Source: Eledone cirrhosa
Lineage: Eukaryota
Assembly (NCBI GenBank): GCA_964016885.1
Contig: OZ024741.1
Span: 175,026,001-175,090,000 of the forward strand
Direction: 5' to 3'
Length of the DNA: 64,000 nt
This document shows positions 1 through 11,754 of this stretch, piece by piece (positions within the stretch are counted from its first letter, which is position 1; the number at the start of each line of letters is the position of its first letter). The notes below the pieces were generated by a model. It worked only from the letters and a program-made list of their open reading frames with translations, was not told the DNA's origin and made no database searches. Both the position numbers and the translations under genes were made by a program.

Positions 1-1569
1 TGAGGGTGGGGTGTTTTTGATTGGAGTTGGTGTTTGTGTGTGGGTTATTTGTGGTGTGCTGGGTGTGTGTTTTCTTTTTTTTCTTTTAACTTGTCTGAAG
101 GCTTCTCCTCCTTCTTCTTCAGAAGTTGGGGGAAACTCTTCAGCGCTAGGTGGGAGGGACGTGTTGTGTGGTTGTTTTTTTTTGCGGGAGGGGTAGATTT
201 GTTACTGTTTTTTTAATTATTTGTTTGGAATGGGTTTTGTGGTGGTGGTGGTAATGTTTGTGTCGTGCTTGTGGTTGGTGATGGTGGTGTTTGTGTTGTG
301 GTTGGTGGTGGTGATTTTTGTGTCGTGCTTGTGTCTGGTGCTGGTGGTGGTGATGTTTGTGTTGTGTTTGTGGTTGGTGGTGTCTGTATTTTGTTTGCTG
401 TGTGTGGTATTAGTGTATTTTTGGAGGTGGGTGGTGTTGGTGTACTGTTTGTGGTGGGTGTGGGCAATAGTCCTTTTTGGGGGATACGTTTCGGGCAGTT
501 AGCCTTAACGTGTCCCCTTTCCATGCATAAATAGCATGCTGGTCTTCTCCCCTCTACAATTATGTCTATTGGGGTAAGGTCATCCAGCCAGATGCGATCC
601 GGGATTTGTGCTATTCTTTCGGGCCTCATTTGGACTAGTATGTCGAGGCCCATTCCCAGGAACGCATCTCCAGTTGCCTTCCCCATTGACAGCATTGTGT
701 CTTCGCCCATATCAATGAAGCCAGCAATAGCCCACCAGAAGTCCATTGTGGGCAGCATTGTTTTTACTTTTACTCTCTGTGTTCTTCTACCCATTTAGGA
801 GGGATAGAAGCTATATGTTGTCGATGAGAGTGGGCTTAAGGAAAGCTTCTCCGCCGTTTCCTTGTCTCTTGTTAGGACCGAAATGCTGCCATAGAGTCGG
901 TCCTTTCGTATGAAGAGAATATTCTTCATATAGTCTTTTAGGACTAACTCTATTTCCATTTGGCTGGGCTGTGTTGGCGTTCTTGTCTGGTTCAGTATAG
1001 TTCTGTAGAGAACTGTGTTTTCTGCTCTGGCTTTCTTGAATTCTGGGGGGGCGAGTTAATGGAAAACATTCCGTTCTCCCCCAAAACAATGTGTTTCTTT
1101 GCTTCGGCCAGTTTTTCTCTGGCGGCAGTTAGGTCAATTGGTGTGTATGTAATGGATTGTTTTGTTTTCTGGGCGAAAGTTGCCCTGTTGTTATTTGTAT
1201 TATTTTCTGTTTGTTTGTTTTCTGTTTGCTCATTTTCCTTAACATTTGTTTTTTCATTTTCTTTGTTTGTTTCATTGTCTAATTTTGTTGTAATTATTTT
1301 TTGTTCTTCAGACTTGGGGGGCGTGGCAGAGCTAATGGCAGACATGTCTGCCATCTTTTCCGCCATGCTGCCAAGAAAGAAATTTTTCGGCAAAAATAGA
1401 TATTTATTTTACCCCCTAAAAAGGGGGTAAATGCAAAAATGTTTCCCTAAAAAACAGGGGTTAGTGTTCCAAATGTGTTGCACTGAAAAATTTATCCGTT
1501 ACTTACAATAGTAAGGGTAAATCCCGATGGAATAGCGGAGCCGATGTGAAGCGTGTCTTACTCTATCAA
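1..1569 (-). mobile_element. Tx1-clade non-LTR retrotransposon copy A: 5' UTR plus disrupted gag-like ORF1, running off the window start
   Basis: Nearly identical to 5730-7299. ORF1 pieces 992..1393, 811..1089 and 213..794 include the zinc knuckle CYLCMERGHVKANC. The 5' end abuts (GATA)n at 1570-1593. Confidence 0.85.
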
Positions 1570-1824
1570 GATAGATAGATAGATAGATAGATAAATTTCT
1601 ATTTATTTGCCACGAGGGCACAAAAGAAGGGGACAAATACACAGTGGGGGAGTTTACATAAATCGAGTAAAGAAAAAGGAATAACAATAATAATATAATA
1701 ATAAAAAGTCCTCAAAAGGGAGGGGGCGTGTTCGGGATTGCACATACCCCCGAAAAGTGTGCAACCCTTTTCGCGGGGGAAGCCCAGAGAGGAGGCGCTC
1801 CCCCTTTCCTCTTCACTTCTTCAC

Positions 1825-4800
1825 CTACAGAACAATGTAGAGAGAAGGCCCATTTACACGAACCATTCTCGCTTCTTTCACCCACCTTTCATAAAACTGT
1901 CTGGGGCCAAGCACTTCTCTCTCCATCCTGATCCTTCTTCCGAAGTGGTATCGGAAGAAGTAAACCAGGTGATGGCCGGAGAGAAAGTCACCCGACCTCA
2001 GACCTTTCAGGTGCGTCCACCACACAACCTCTTTCATCATGGCTATTACGCACAGAAAGACCGCCTCTGCATCGTTTCTGAAGGGAGGCGGCGGCTTGAT
2101 GTTCACCACAGACTCGGCGGTTAATCGAATCGGCGCCACACGCGACAGCAGTCGTTCGATGTAGCCCCACAGATCGGCAACGCCCGGGAAGTGTACCAGT
2201 GCATGCGCAACGGTTTCCTCGTCGCGCACGCATCTGGGACAGATCTTTTTCGCGGGATCCCTGCCCGGGCGCCCGTATCTGTAGAGCTTTTCTCGAACGG
2301 GCAGAGCCCCCCGGTAACACTGCCAGGCTAGGGACCTCTGGAAGTTGTCCATGGGTCCCGGGCCGAAAGTTCTACCGAACAGGCTGGCCAGTTCGTCCTC
2401 CTCCATGCCTAGCGACTCTCCAAGGGTGTCGTCGCCCTGCTAGCCACCAGCCCTCTATAGAATGTCGAGGTGGATTCTCCACTGACAGTCGGGTCCGCTT
2501 GCCAGATAGCCGTGAGCGCCTGGGCACACTCGGTGTGCCAGTTGCCCAGTTTTCTCGGTCTTTGCTTCACCCAGGATTGCAGCTCGGTGAGCGAGACGAG
2601 CTGTGGGAAGGCTCGCCTCACAAACGGGGCCCACACCGGCTGACCGGTGAGGAATACCTGTAGATGCCGTAGCCTTAATGCGTGCCTACGCATCAACAGC
2701 CACGGCATACCCAGCCCTCCTTTCGAAGGGTGCTGGCAGCAGATGGATCTCCTCACCTCACCATGGGAGGCCGCTTCTTCCAGAGGAACTGGAAGAGCAT
2801 GCGTTCCATGATGGTGATCTTTTCCTTGGGGCAAGGCACGACGGTCAGGCGGTAGCAGATGACGGACGCTATGTAAGCGTTCGTCACCTCCGCCCGACCT
2901 TTCAGTGATAGTTTGCACTTGGCCCACTTCTGGGTCAGCGCAAACACCCTGCTCGTCACCTCGCCCCAATTCTTCTCCACCTGGAGGTCCGGTCCGAACC
3001 AGACCCCGAGCAGCTTCACCGGGCCCTCCGTCCACCGCCCGACGACACCGTCTAACGGCATCGGTTTGCCCCTCCACGTTCCGAGTTGCAAACCGACTGA
3101 CTTGTCCCGGTTCAGCCTAGCCCCCGTCAGCCTTTCGTATTCCTCCAGTAGGGTGGCGATCGCCCCGATTTCCGAGGCGTCCGCCACCATTACTGTTACG
3201 TCGTCGGCATAGGCCGAGACCGCTTTGTGCAATCCCGGTTCCAGGGGTATGCCCCGCAGCAACTCCAACTTCCGCAGCAGTGGCTCGAGAGTCAATACGT
3301 ACAGAAGGGAGGAGAGGGGGCACCCCTGTCTGATGGACCGGGTGATTTGAAACGGCTCCGAGAGGTAGCCGTTTACTTTAATCCTAGAGTAGATGTTGCC
3401 ACTGTGCATGGCAGAAATCCAGCGCCTGAAAACGTGTCCGAAGCCCGCCGCCGCTAGCACCGCATCCAGGTAACCATGGTCGACCCTATCGAACGCCTTA
3501 GATTGATCCAAGTTGATCAGGGCCCCACCAAAGCCGGGTTCGTTGCCAACCCTCTCTATGATGTATCGCATGAGGTGGAGGTTGTCGTGAATGGACCTGG
3601 ACGGGATAGCGCATGTCTGCGCGTCTCCCACCAAACCACCCACCACAAGCGCCAACCTCTTCGCCAACACCTTGGCCAAAATCTGTAACTCTGCATTCAG
3701 CAGAGTTATGGGCCTAAAGTTACTTAAGTCGTCCCCCTTGCTCTCGTCCTTCCTCACTAGCGTGACCACGCCCTTGGTCACAGAACAGGGAATTCTCCCG
3801 TTCTGTTGCCAGTTGCAATAGACAGCCTCGAGGAGTTCGGAGAACAAGACCGGCATAGCTAAATAAAGTTCGTATGGTAAACCATCGAGACCCGGGGATT
3901 TGCGTCTGCTGCATTGGCTGAGCGCTTCCCCGATTTCAGTGGCTGTGATTGGCCTTTCGCAGCACTCCGCTTCGCCGCTCGAAAGACGCGGTAGACCGTC
4001 GAGGTATGGACCGAAGTCCACATCCCCGTCCGGCCCCCCGCCACCTCCGAACAGTCGAGCAAAGTGCCTTTGAAAGGTCTCGCACATTCGCTCAGGTTCA
4101 AGGATCACCCGTCCATCCTGGTCTCGCAAAGACCGAATGGTGGATTTAATCCCACTCTTGGCTTCTGTCACGCGGGCCCAGCTAACAGCTTTGGTCCCCT
4201 CGTTTCCTAAAGCACGTATTTTACTTCGGACAACGCAGCCTTCGTGCTTCGCGTCAAAGAACTGGCTCAACGCCGTTCTCGCCGCTAACACTCTGGCTAC
4301 GTCTCCGCTCCTAATCGCCTCTTCTAGTTTATCTGTTAACTCCCTTTCCTTCCTATTTCTATTCGCCGCTAGTTCCTTACTGTAACCTATCGAACTTACT
4401 CTAATCTCTCTCTTTAGAGATACCCACCACCTACTGTTGACGATCGCTCCCGTCAACCGCATCTTAACTAAGCTACTAATCCGGTTCCTGTAATCTTTCT
4501 TTGCCGGCAAGGACAAGTTCATCTTCCAGTAACCGGGACCCTGTCTATGCGTTCTATCAAGGTTGACCACGTAGGTCACTAATTTGTGATCTGAATAGCC
4601 AACCATGATCAATTCTGGACAACTAAATACGTCCCTATCCTTACTCCTAACCAAAAACCTATCTAGGTACGATCTAGATTGTCCACTGCGGTTTGCCCAG
4701 GTCCAGGTTGGCGCAGTTGGACAATCTAGTCGAAATCTATCGACCAGGTCGAATCGATCGAGTAACCCCTTGAGGCTGCTACACCCCCCTCTATCGGGAC

Positions 4801-5259
4801 AGGCCCCTGCATAGTCCCAACGCGCATCTAGGATTCCATTCCAGTCCCCCACTAAAAGCAGGGAACGCGACGTTCCTAGAAAAGTCTCCAGACGCTGGAA
4901 GAAGTCGGATCTTTCAGCCCCGAAGGGGGCATAAACACCGACCAGTCTGAAAGCCCCGCCTTCACCGCCTCCGACGTCCAGCACCAGTAATCGACCCCCC
5001 GGGTCCGAGTGAACAATCTGTACGTCGAGAGCCAGACGTTTATCCAGCAGTACGGCAACCCCCCCCCCCCGCCTCCGGGTTGACAGAGAGATGCGTGCAT
5101 CTCAAAGTCATCGAAGGCGGGAGCCAGCTGTCGCACGCTGCTGATCCGACTCTCGCAAACAACCATCACATCTATACTTCGTGACCTGAGGTCACTTAGT
5201 AGCTTTGCTTGCTTCCAAGCTGAGCCCAGGCCACGCGCGTTCAAACAGCCAACTCTCAA
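1825..5259 (-). pseudogene. Tx1 ORF2 (APE endonuclease - reverse transcriptase - zinc finger), frameshifted
   Basis: Motifs CLNARGL, GVYAP, LVGDWN, YLDRF, SDHK (APE); PGLDG, FRPITLLN, KAFDRVDH, IRQGCPLS, AYADD (RT); CPRC..EETVAH. Split over ORFs 4876..5259, 2753..4984, 2409..3077 and 1825..2406. Confidence 0.9.
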
Positions 5260-5688
5260 TTGATCTATTTTGGTGTTGAAAGTGAAGAAAGAAAAGCACC
5301 TACCTCTCCGGGTTGTGTGATTTCCATGGCGTCAGGTGTGTTGGGTGGAGGGATGTTTTGTGGTGGTGTGGGGGTGCCCGAGTGTGGTGGGGTTGGGGTG
5401 TTTGGAGTTGTGTCAGGGAGAGGGGAGGTTATGGGGAAATCTTTCAAGAGGACGCGATTTAACGGTTTTAAACAGGGGGGGGGGGACTCACGTCCTGTCT
5501 AAATTGTTCTTTTAAGGAACGATAAAGGTCCAGAGGGACCTTTATCATTTTTAAATGGGTGAAGTTCTCTGTTGAGATAAAGTTTGGCCCTTCGGTCTGC
5601 ACCAAAGGGCTATTGTTTATTAATTTAAACAGTTTTTTGTTTTCTTTATTTATATATGTGTATTGCAATGTCTTTTTTTGTGATGCTG

Positions 5689-7125
5689 TCAATGTTTCGG
5701 AGAGGGGAGGCGCAGATTTATTTTTGTTTGTTGAGGGTGGGTGTTTTTTATTGGAGTTGGTGTTTGTGTGTGGGTTATTTGTGGTGTGCTGGGTGTGTGC
5801 TTTCTTTTTTTTTCTTTTAACTTGTCTGAAGGCTTCTCCTCCTTCTTCTTCAGAAGTTGGGGGAAACTCTTCAGCGCTAGGTGGGAGGGACGTCGTGTCT
5901 GGTTGTTTTTTTTTTGCGGGAGGGGTAGATTTGTTGCTGTTTTTTTTTTATTATTTGTTTGGAATGCATTTTGTGGTGGTGGTGGTGCTGTTTGTGTCGT
6001 GCTTGTGGTTGGTAATGGTGGTGGTGGTGTTTGTGTTGGTGATGGTGGTGGTGATTTTTGTGTCGTGCTTGTGTTTGGTGCTGGTGGTGGTGATGTTTGT
6101 GTTGTGCTTGGTGGTGTTTGTATTTTGTTTGCTGTGTGTGGTATTAGTGTATTTTTGGAGGTGGGTGGTGTTGGTGTACTGTTTGTGGTGGGTGTGGGCA
6201 ATAGTCCTTTTTGGGGGATACGTTTCGGGCAGTTAGCCTTAACGTGTCCCCTTTCCATGCATAAATAGCATGCTGGTCTTCTCCCCTCTACAATTATATC
6301 TATTGGGGTGAGCTCATCCAGCCAGATGCGATCCGGGATTTGTGCTATTCTTTCGGGCCTCATTTGGACTAGTAGGTCGAGGCCCATTCCCAGGAACGCA
6401 TCTCCGGATGCCTTCCCCATTAACAGCACTGTGTCCTCGTCCATGTCTATGAAGCCAGCAATAGCCCACCAGAAGTCCATTGTGGGCAGCATTGTTTGTA
6501 TTTTTACTCTCTGTGTTCTTCTACCCATGTAGGAGGGATAGAAGCTGTATGTTGTCGATGAGAGTGGGCTTAGGGAAAGCTTCTGCGCCGTTTCCTTGTC
6601 TTTTGTTAAGACCGAAATGCTGCCATAGAGTCGGTCCTTTCGTATGAAGAGAATATTCTTCATATAGTCTTTTAGGACCAACTCTATCTCCATTTGGCTG
6701 GGCTGTGCTGGCTTTCTTGTTTGGTTTAGGATTGTTCTGAAGAGAACTGTGTTCTCTGTTCTCGCTTTCTTGAATTCTGGGGGGGAGTTAATGGAAAACA
6801 TTCCGTTCTCCCCCAAAACAATGTGTTTCTTTGCTTCGGCCAGTTTTTCTCTGGCGGCAGTTAGGTCAATTGGTGTGTATGTAATGGATTGTTTTGTTTT
6901 CTGGGCGAAAGTTGCCCTGTTGTTATTTGTATTATTTTCTGTTTGTTTGTTTTCCGTTTGCTCATTTTCCTTAACATTTGTTTTTTCATTTTCTTTGTTT
7001 GTTTCGTTGTCTAATTTTGTTGTAATTATTTTTTGTTCTTCAGACTTGGGGGGCGTGGCAGAGCTAATGGCAGACATGTCTGCCATCTTTTCCGCCATGC
7101 TGCCAAGAAAGAAATTTTTCGGCAA
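5689..7125 (-). CDS. Tx1 ORF1, gag-like nucleic-acid-binding protein (probably continues by frameshift to about 5265)
   Basis: 478-aa ORF with CX2CX4HX4C (CYLCMERGHVKANC) followed by a Pro/Thr-rich tail. Confidence 0.8.
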   Translation of the reverse strand: MPKNFFLGSMAEKMADMSAISSATPPKSEEQKIITTKLDNETNKENEKTNVKENEQTENKQTENNTNNNRATFAQKTKQSITYTPIDLTAAREKLAEAKKHIVLGENGMFSINSPPEFKKARTENTVLFRTILNQTRKPAQPSQMEIELVLKDYMKNILFIRKDRLYGSISVLTKDKETAQKLSLSPLSSTTYSFYPSYMGRRTQRVKIQTMLPTMDFWWAIAGFIDMDEDTVLLMGKASGDAFLGMGLDLLVQMRPERIAQIPDRIWLDELTPIDIIVEGRRPACYLCMERGHVKANCPKRIPQKGLLPTPTTNSTPTPPTSKNTLIPHTANKIQTPPSTTQTSPPPAPNTSTTQKSPPPSPTQTPPPPLPTTSTTQTAPPPPQNAFQTNNKKKTATNLPLPQKKNNQTRRPSHLALKSFPQLLKKKEEKPSDKLKEKKRKHTPSTPQITHTQTPTPIKNTHPQQTKINLRLPSPKH

Positions 7126-7310
7126 AAATAGATATTTATTTTACCCCCTAAAAAGGGGGTAAATGCAAAAATGTTTCCCTAAATAACAGGGGTTAGTGTT
7201 CCAAATGTGTTGCACTAAAAAATTTATCCGGTACTTACAATAGTAAGGGTAAATCCCGATGGAATAGCGGAGCCGATGTGAAGCGTGTCTTACTCTATCA
7301 AGATAGATAG

Positions 7311-7745
7311 ATTTCTTTATTAGCCACAAGGGCGCAACAAGAAAGGGGACAATACAAAGACATGCCGGGGATTTTACATACAGTCGTGTAAAAATATAAA
7401 AACAAACAATTTCAACAATCGAAATCCCCAATAGGGGGGAGGCACCACAAATGGGTTGTTTAATACCCCGTCGATAGAACAACCCTCAACTCAAGGAGCG
7501 TGTTGTGCAAGTGCTCCTTTCTTCCTTTTGCTCTCTTCCTCAACCTACAGGCTTATAAACAGAGAAGGCCCAATCACTCGGGCCATTTTCGCTTCATTCA
7601 CCCACCTTTCAGTAAATTTACTGGGGTGCAGTGCCTCTCTCTCCACCCTGATTCTCCTTCTAAAGTGATACTTAAAGAATGGAATCAATTGTTGTCCGGA
7701 GAGAAAGGCATCTGTCCTCAGTCCTCTCAACCTCGTCCACCATAT
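7311..7745 (-). mobile_element. 5'-truncated Tx1 copy of a related subfamily (ORF2 C-terminus + 3' UTR)
   Basis: ORF 7545..7730 (FLSGQQLIPFFKYHFRRRIRVERE) is homologous to the end of 1825..2406. The 3' UTR resembles 1594-1680 and ends AATAAA-(TATC)n. Confidence 0.85.
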
Positions 7746-7932
7746 ATAGATATTTATTTTACCCCCTAAAAAGGGGGTAAATGCAAAAATGTTTCCCTAA
7801 ATAACAGGGGTTAGTGTTCCAAATGTGTTGCACTAAAAAATTTATCCGGTACTTACAATAGTAAGGGTAAATCCCGATGGAATAGCGGAGCCGATGTGAA
7901 GCGTGTCTTACTCTATCAAGATAGATAGATAG
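7746..7932. repeat. About 185-bp direct duplication of 7128-7312 (Tx1 5' UTR), flanking the truncated insert
   Basis: Identical by eye from atagatatttattttacccc to ctctatcaagatagatagat. Confidence 0.9.
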
Positions 7933-8099
7933 ATAGATAGAGAGAGGAGGTGAGATTGGAAATAGCACAGATAATATATTTAAGCAGAGTTGCTCATAGA
8001 AAAAAAATTACTTTCTGAAGCAGTTGCCAAGCTTGAAGCTAACACACTTAGCAATAATATATAGCATTCCAGTTGTTGTCTTCCTGTTTCTTCTACAAC

Positions 8100-11030
8100 A
8101 ACTACAACGGTACGCGATAGGGCCCACCCACAGCCCCGGCGGACAGAATGGAGAAGGCGTTTCCCCGGAAGACGGCAAGGGAGACGCGCTGGAAAAGCCA
8201 CTCCAATCGCGGGGATCACACCTGCGGCTGGCCAACTCAGCGCCTATGGTGGTGAGTAAGGGGGTAGCCCTGGGGTCGAGGACACCAGAAGTCTCCACTG
8301 CCAGGGGTACGACCGCAAACCTGTTGGAGAGCGACCGGTATTTGAGGAGTTTGGCCCCCTCAGCCTGACGTGCAGCAGAACCTGGGTCAGTCGCAGACTG
8401 CACCAGGTTGCAGCTGCAGAAAGTGTCGTTGCAAGTGGCATCCCAGACGAGAGGTTTTCCACCGCGGAACGGGAAGATATTCATGCCATCTGGCCCTTTG
8501 CCGTCCCCTCGATCCAGCCCCACGGGCTCGAGCTGGGAAGGGAAGCCTGCAGCGTCCAAGCCATGCTTAATGACTTCGTTGAGGGCAGCATAGCGTGGAA
8601 TGCGGCCGGCACTGTGGCGACGGGAAAGCGGATGGAGCCCGAAAGAGTCCACGGTGGAACCGCAGCGACATTGATGTGGCTGGCAGATCCGGAGGCCGAG
8701 CCTCAGGGAAACGCCGATGCACAGGCTATTGTTGTCTAGCTGCGTGTCAGTGGAGAAGGAGGGCAGGGCATGGATCCAGGCACCACTGTGGGGTTTGGAG
8801 GCCGCACGAAAACAAGCAAGGCGGTGCTGGTCGAGCTGGCGCATGAGCCTGTCTGAGGCCAGGCTGCACTGGATGGCATCCCAGTGCGTTGGAGACACTT
8901 GACGTCAACAGGGGAAAAGGAGGAGGGACGTCTACTGGGCTAAGTCCCAGCCGGTCCCACGTCTCACAGGCGGCCTCACGTTCTCTGAACACAGAGGGTT
9001 CTGTTGTATTTTGAAATATCCTGCTGACGAGGACGCGGCACGAGGTTACCGACGAAATATACGCCGCCAAAGCTAGTGAGATCGGGGACCGGAGGCCAAG
9101 GCCGCCATACCTGACAGATAAAGTGGCCTGTTGCCACCCTATGTCGTCAAACTTGACGTTGCATATCTCCTCGGCTGCTGCTCGGATACAAGTATCGAGG
9201 TCAGCGAGGAGAGATGTCTGTGTGTAGCACGGAGCGCTGCGGAGTGTATAGAGGAGCTTCGGCATGGCGCAGCAGTTCCTCAGCAGAAAGAGAGCTGCGT
9301 GGCCGTTAATCAAGCCCAGTCGGCTCGTGAGAGTCTGGACCTGATGGTGGAGCAGATGGCCGGCGGGTGGATCGGTGACCCGAGGATGAGGACATCCTCT
9401 TTGGGGGTCACCTGAACCTGGCGGAGAATGGACCGCACGTCTAAGACGGAGGCTGCAAAACTCGCAGCATCGAGGCTGACATTCACCACCTCCGACTTGG
9501 CCGAGTTGACCTGGAGGCCGATTCCCGCCAGGGCAGGAACCACCGATTGAAGGTCATGGCAGACTGTCCGTACGGGCCCGCCCAACGTAGCATCATCCAG
9601 ATACCAAACGTTGCGAGGAGCCGTGATACTCCGGGCGATGTGGTCAATACCAAGGGCGAACAGGAGGGGTCCCAAAGGGTCGCCCTGTTGGACCCCAGTA
9701 GCCGAGGGTATGATCGTATCAGCAGCAAGGAGCATGCTCGGGGCTCCATGTGACAGGTAGGCCAGCGGGTAGGCAGAGGGGGCTCGGCTGAAGCAGGCGT
9801 AAAGAGTTGAAGGCATTCCTCATGTCAAGCTTGACAATGAGGTGCCTGGACTAAACTCCTCACCCAGTTCGTGTGTTACGGACTTGCAGATCACCTTGGC
9901 AGCCAGCCCCCAGAAGACATTGCCCACAGCAATGGGGCGTATGCCACCCTCTTTCTTCCTGAGAGCGGTGAGGCTGGCCAAAAAAAAGAGGCCTTGGGCG
10001 TAAGGGTCCAGGGCGCCATGGATGAGCCTATTGGTGAGCGCCACAATTGCACTCAGAAGGCGGCGCCCCCCTCAGCAGAGAGGGGGGATATCAACTCCGT
10101 GAGGTGGCCTGGTCGGACACCATCAACACCTCCGCAGCTGCTAGTTGGGAAGGACCTGATGGTGGACATGATGACTGCATGAGAAGCCACAAGGAGCAAG
10201 TGGGGGTCGGGTGGGGGTATGGGTCTGAGATCAGTGGGTGACTCAGGGTGTTTGAGTCGCAGAGCAGCCAGGACCTCCTCGGTGGGTTGGAGGACAGTGT
10301 CCTCTGAGGCAACAACTCTGACTGCGGCCGAGACATCACCCATGATAAGCTTGGCGCTGGTCTCGGAGGTGGAGGATAGGGGGTACCTGAGGGTGGGGTG
10401 TGTGGCGTCCCTGGGCACGCTTGGAATGGGCGCTCGCCCAAAGGACGAGACATTGGCCTTGACGAAGGCTGCTGTTGACCGGCCGCCCCGGTCAGCGCCA
10501 GAGCTGGGGAGGCCGAGGGCGAGTGGAGCGAAATAGAACAGCCGCTCCCAGTCACTGGATCGATTGGAGTCCAGGGCGTTCTCAATCGAGGAAGCGAGAG
10601 CATCGGCCACCGGCACCCGTGCCGCTCTCGGGATCCTGAGTGGGATCTTCCGGAACCGCCTGAGCCAAGCGATGTTGACTAGTGAGGCTTGGGCGCCAGG
10701 CGAGCTCGCTGTCCCATCTGGTGGTGTGCCAGACGGCCGTGGCTGGGAAGACGTGGGGAAGAGGCAGCTCCTGCACCTCCACGCTGCGAGGGCATTGGAA
10801 GCTCGACGAGTCAAGCCAACGCAGGTGAGGTGGTGGAAGCAGCTGCACCCCAAACAATTCCGGCCCCTCTTCCGTTTGTTAGTGGTGCTGCAAGTGCTGC
10901 AAATGTCGGCTTGGAGGGATGGGGGATGGGGCGTGGGGCCGGGGACTAGGACACCGAGTGGCATCAGGGGAGGGTGGCTGGAGTGTGTGGGTGGAAGGGA
11001 AAGAGCTGGTAAGAGGGCCTCATAGCTCAC
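8100..11030 (-). pseudogene. CRE-clade non-LTR retrotransposon ORF (PHD finger - RT - restriction-like endonuclease), disrupted
   Basis: Motifs GGIRPIAVG, GVQQGDPLGPLLF, WYLDD, GGLGL, HSGAWIHALP, CRCG...H, PDG...VWDAT, VPLAVETSG and, frameshifted, WLFQRVSLAVFRGNA. These are typical of CRE/SLACS/Cnl1-type elements. Spread over ORFs 10053..11030, 9820..10044, 9310..9816, 8747..9313 and 8008..8898. Confidence 0.85.
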
Positions 11031-11451
11031 CTATATATATAGAGTTGTCAGAAAACAAGAGAGAAAAGAAGGGGCTGCATGGAGGGGGACACACAGAAAG
11101 GTAGAATGTTAGTAAATGAATGAGTGAATGGATGAATGTACAAAAAAGGGGTGAGGGAGAAAACAGGGGGTTGTTCCCAGCGGAAAGACCCAGAGTTCAG
11201 CACGCACACATGCGAGCAACTTAGCAGTTTGTCATAGGACCTAGTGGCTGGAGGTGAGTCACTGATACTGGGTTGGCTTCCTCTTGTTAATGGTAGAGTT
11301 GTTGTTAAAGTCACAGTTGATGTCGTTGACTTCCTCTTGTTAATGGTGGTGGAGATGAAACTGATACCAGTTCGGGCTGCCAGGCAGTATGCTGAGGCTC
11401 GAGTGCCTTCTTTTACCGAAGATGCGGGGCCGATGTTATTATCCTGTTATT

Positions 11452-11632
11452 GTGGATTGGCAGTATCGGTAGAGGGTCGGACGCCATGCTTTCCAGCATA
11501 GTTACGTCCCTTTACGATCTGAGTTCAAATCCCGCCGAGGTTGACTTTGCCTTTCATCCTTACGGGGTCGATAAAATAAAGTACCAGTAATGCACTGGGT
11601 ATTTGCTGGCCTTGTGCCTAAAGTAGAAACAG
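11452..11632 (+). mobile_element. tRNA-derived SINE, family 1
   Basis: A box TGGCAGTATCGG, B box GAGTTCAAATCC, central GCCTTTCATCCTTACGGGGTCGATAAAATAAAGTACC; TSD ttattatcctgtt on both sides. Confidence 0.85.
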
Positions 11633-11754
11633 TTATTATCCTGTTGCTGTCGCCTTCTTGACCGGAGATGCGGGTCAGTGGCTTTCGGCATTTGGCAGCA
11701 CAACGGCAAATAAATATATTCTCTATTTTTTGGGGGGTCTTTTCTTTCTCTCTG

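Larger units (their letters stand above)
1594..7299 (-). mobile_element. Full-length Tx1-clade (L1 superfamily) non-LTR retrotransposon copy B
   Basis: 5' UTR, ORF1 with CCHC knuckle, ORF2 with APE endonuclease + RT + C-terminal zinc motif, and a 3' UTR ending AATAAA then (TATC)n. Both ends lie in GATA repeats. Confidence 0.9.

Noticed and set aside
1440-1570. snRNA/5S target fragment at the Tx1 5' end
   Set aside because: I see no match to U2 or 5S; it is the element's own 5' UTR.
960-7162. Plus-strand hydrophobic ORFs (for example 5559..6236, 6749..7162)
   Set aside because: They are antisense shadows of the AC-rich Tx1 ORF1.
11452-11545. tRNA gene
   Set aside because: A and B boxes are present but there is no cloverleaf; it is a SINE head repeated many times in the window.
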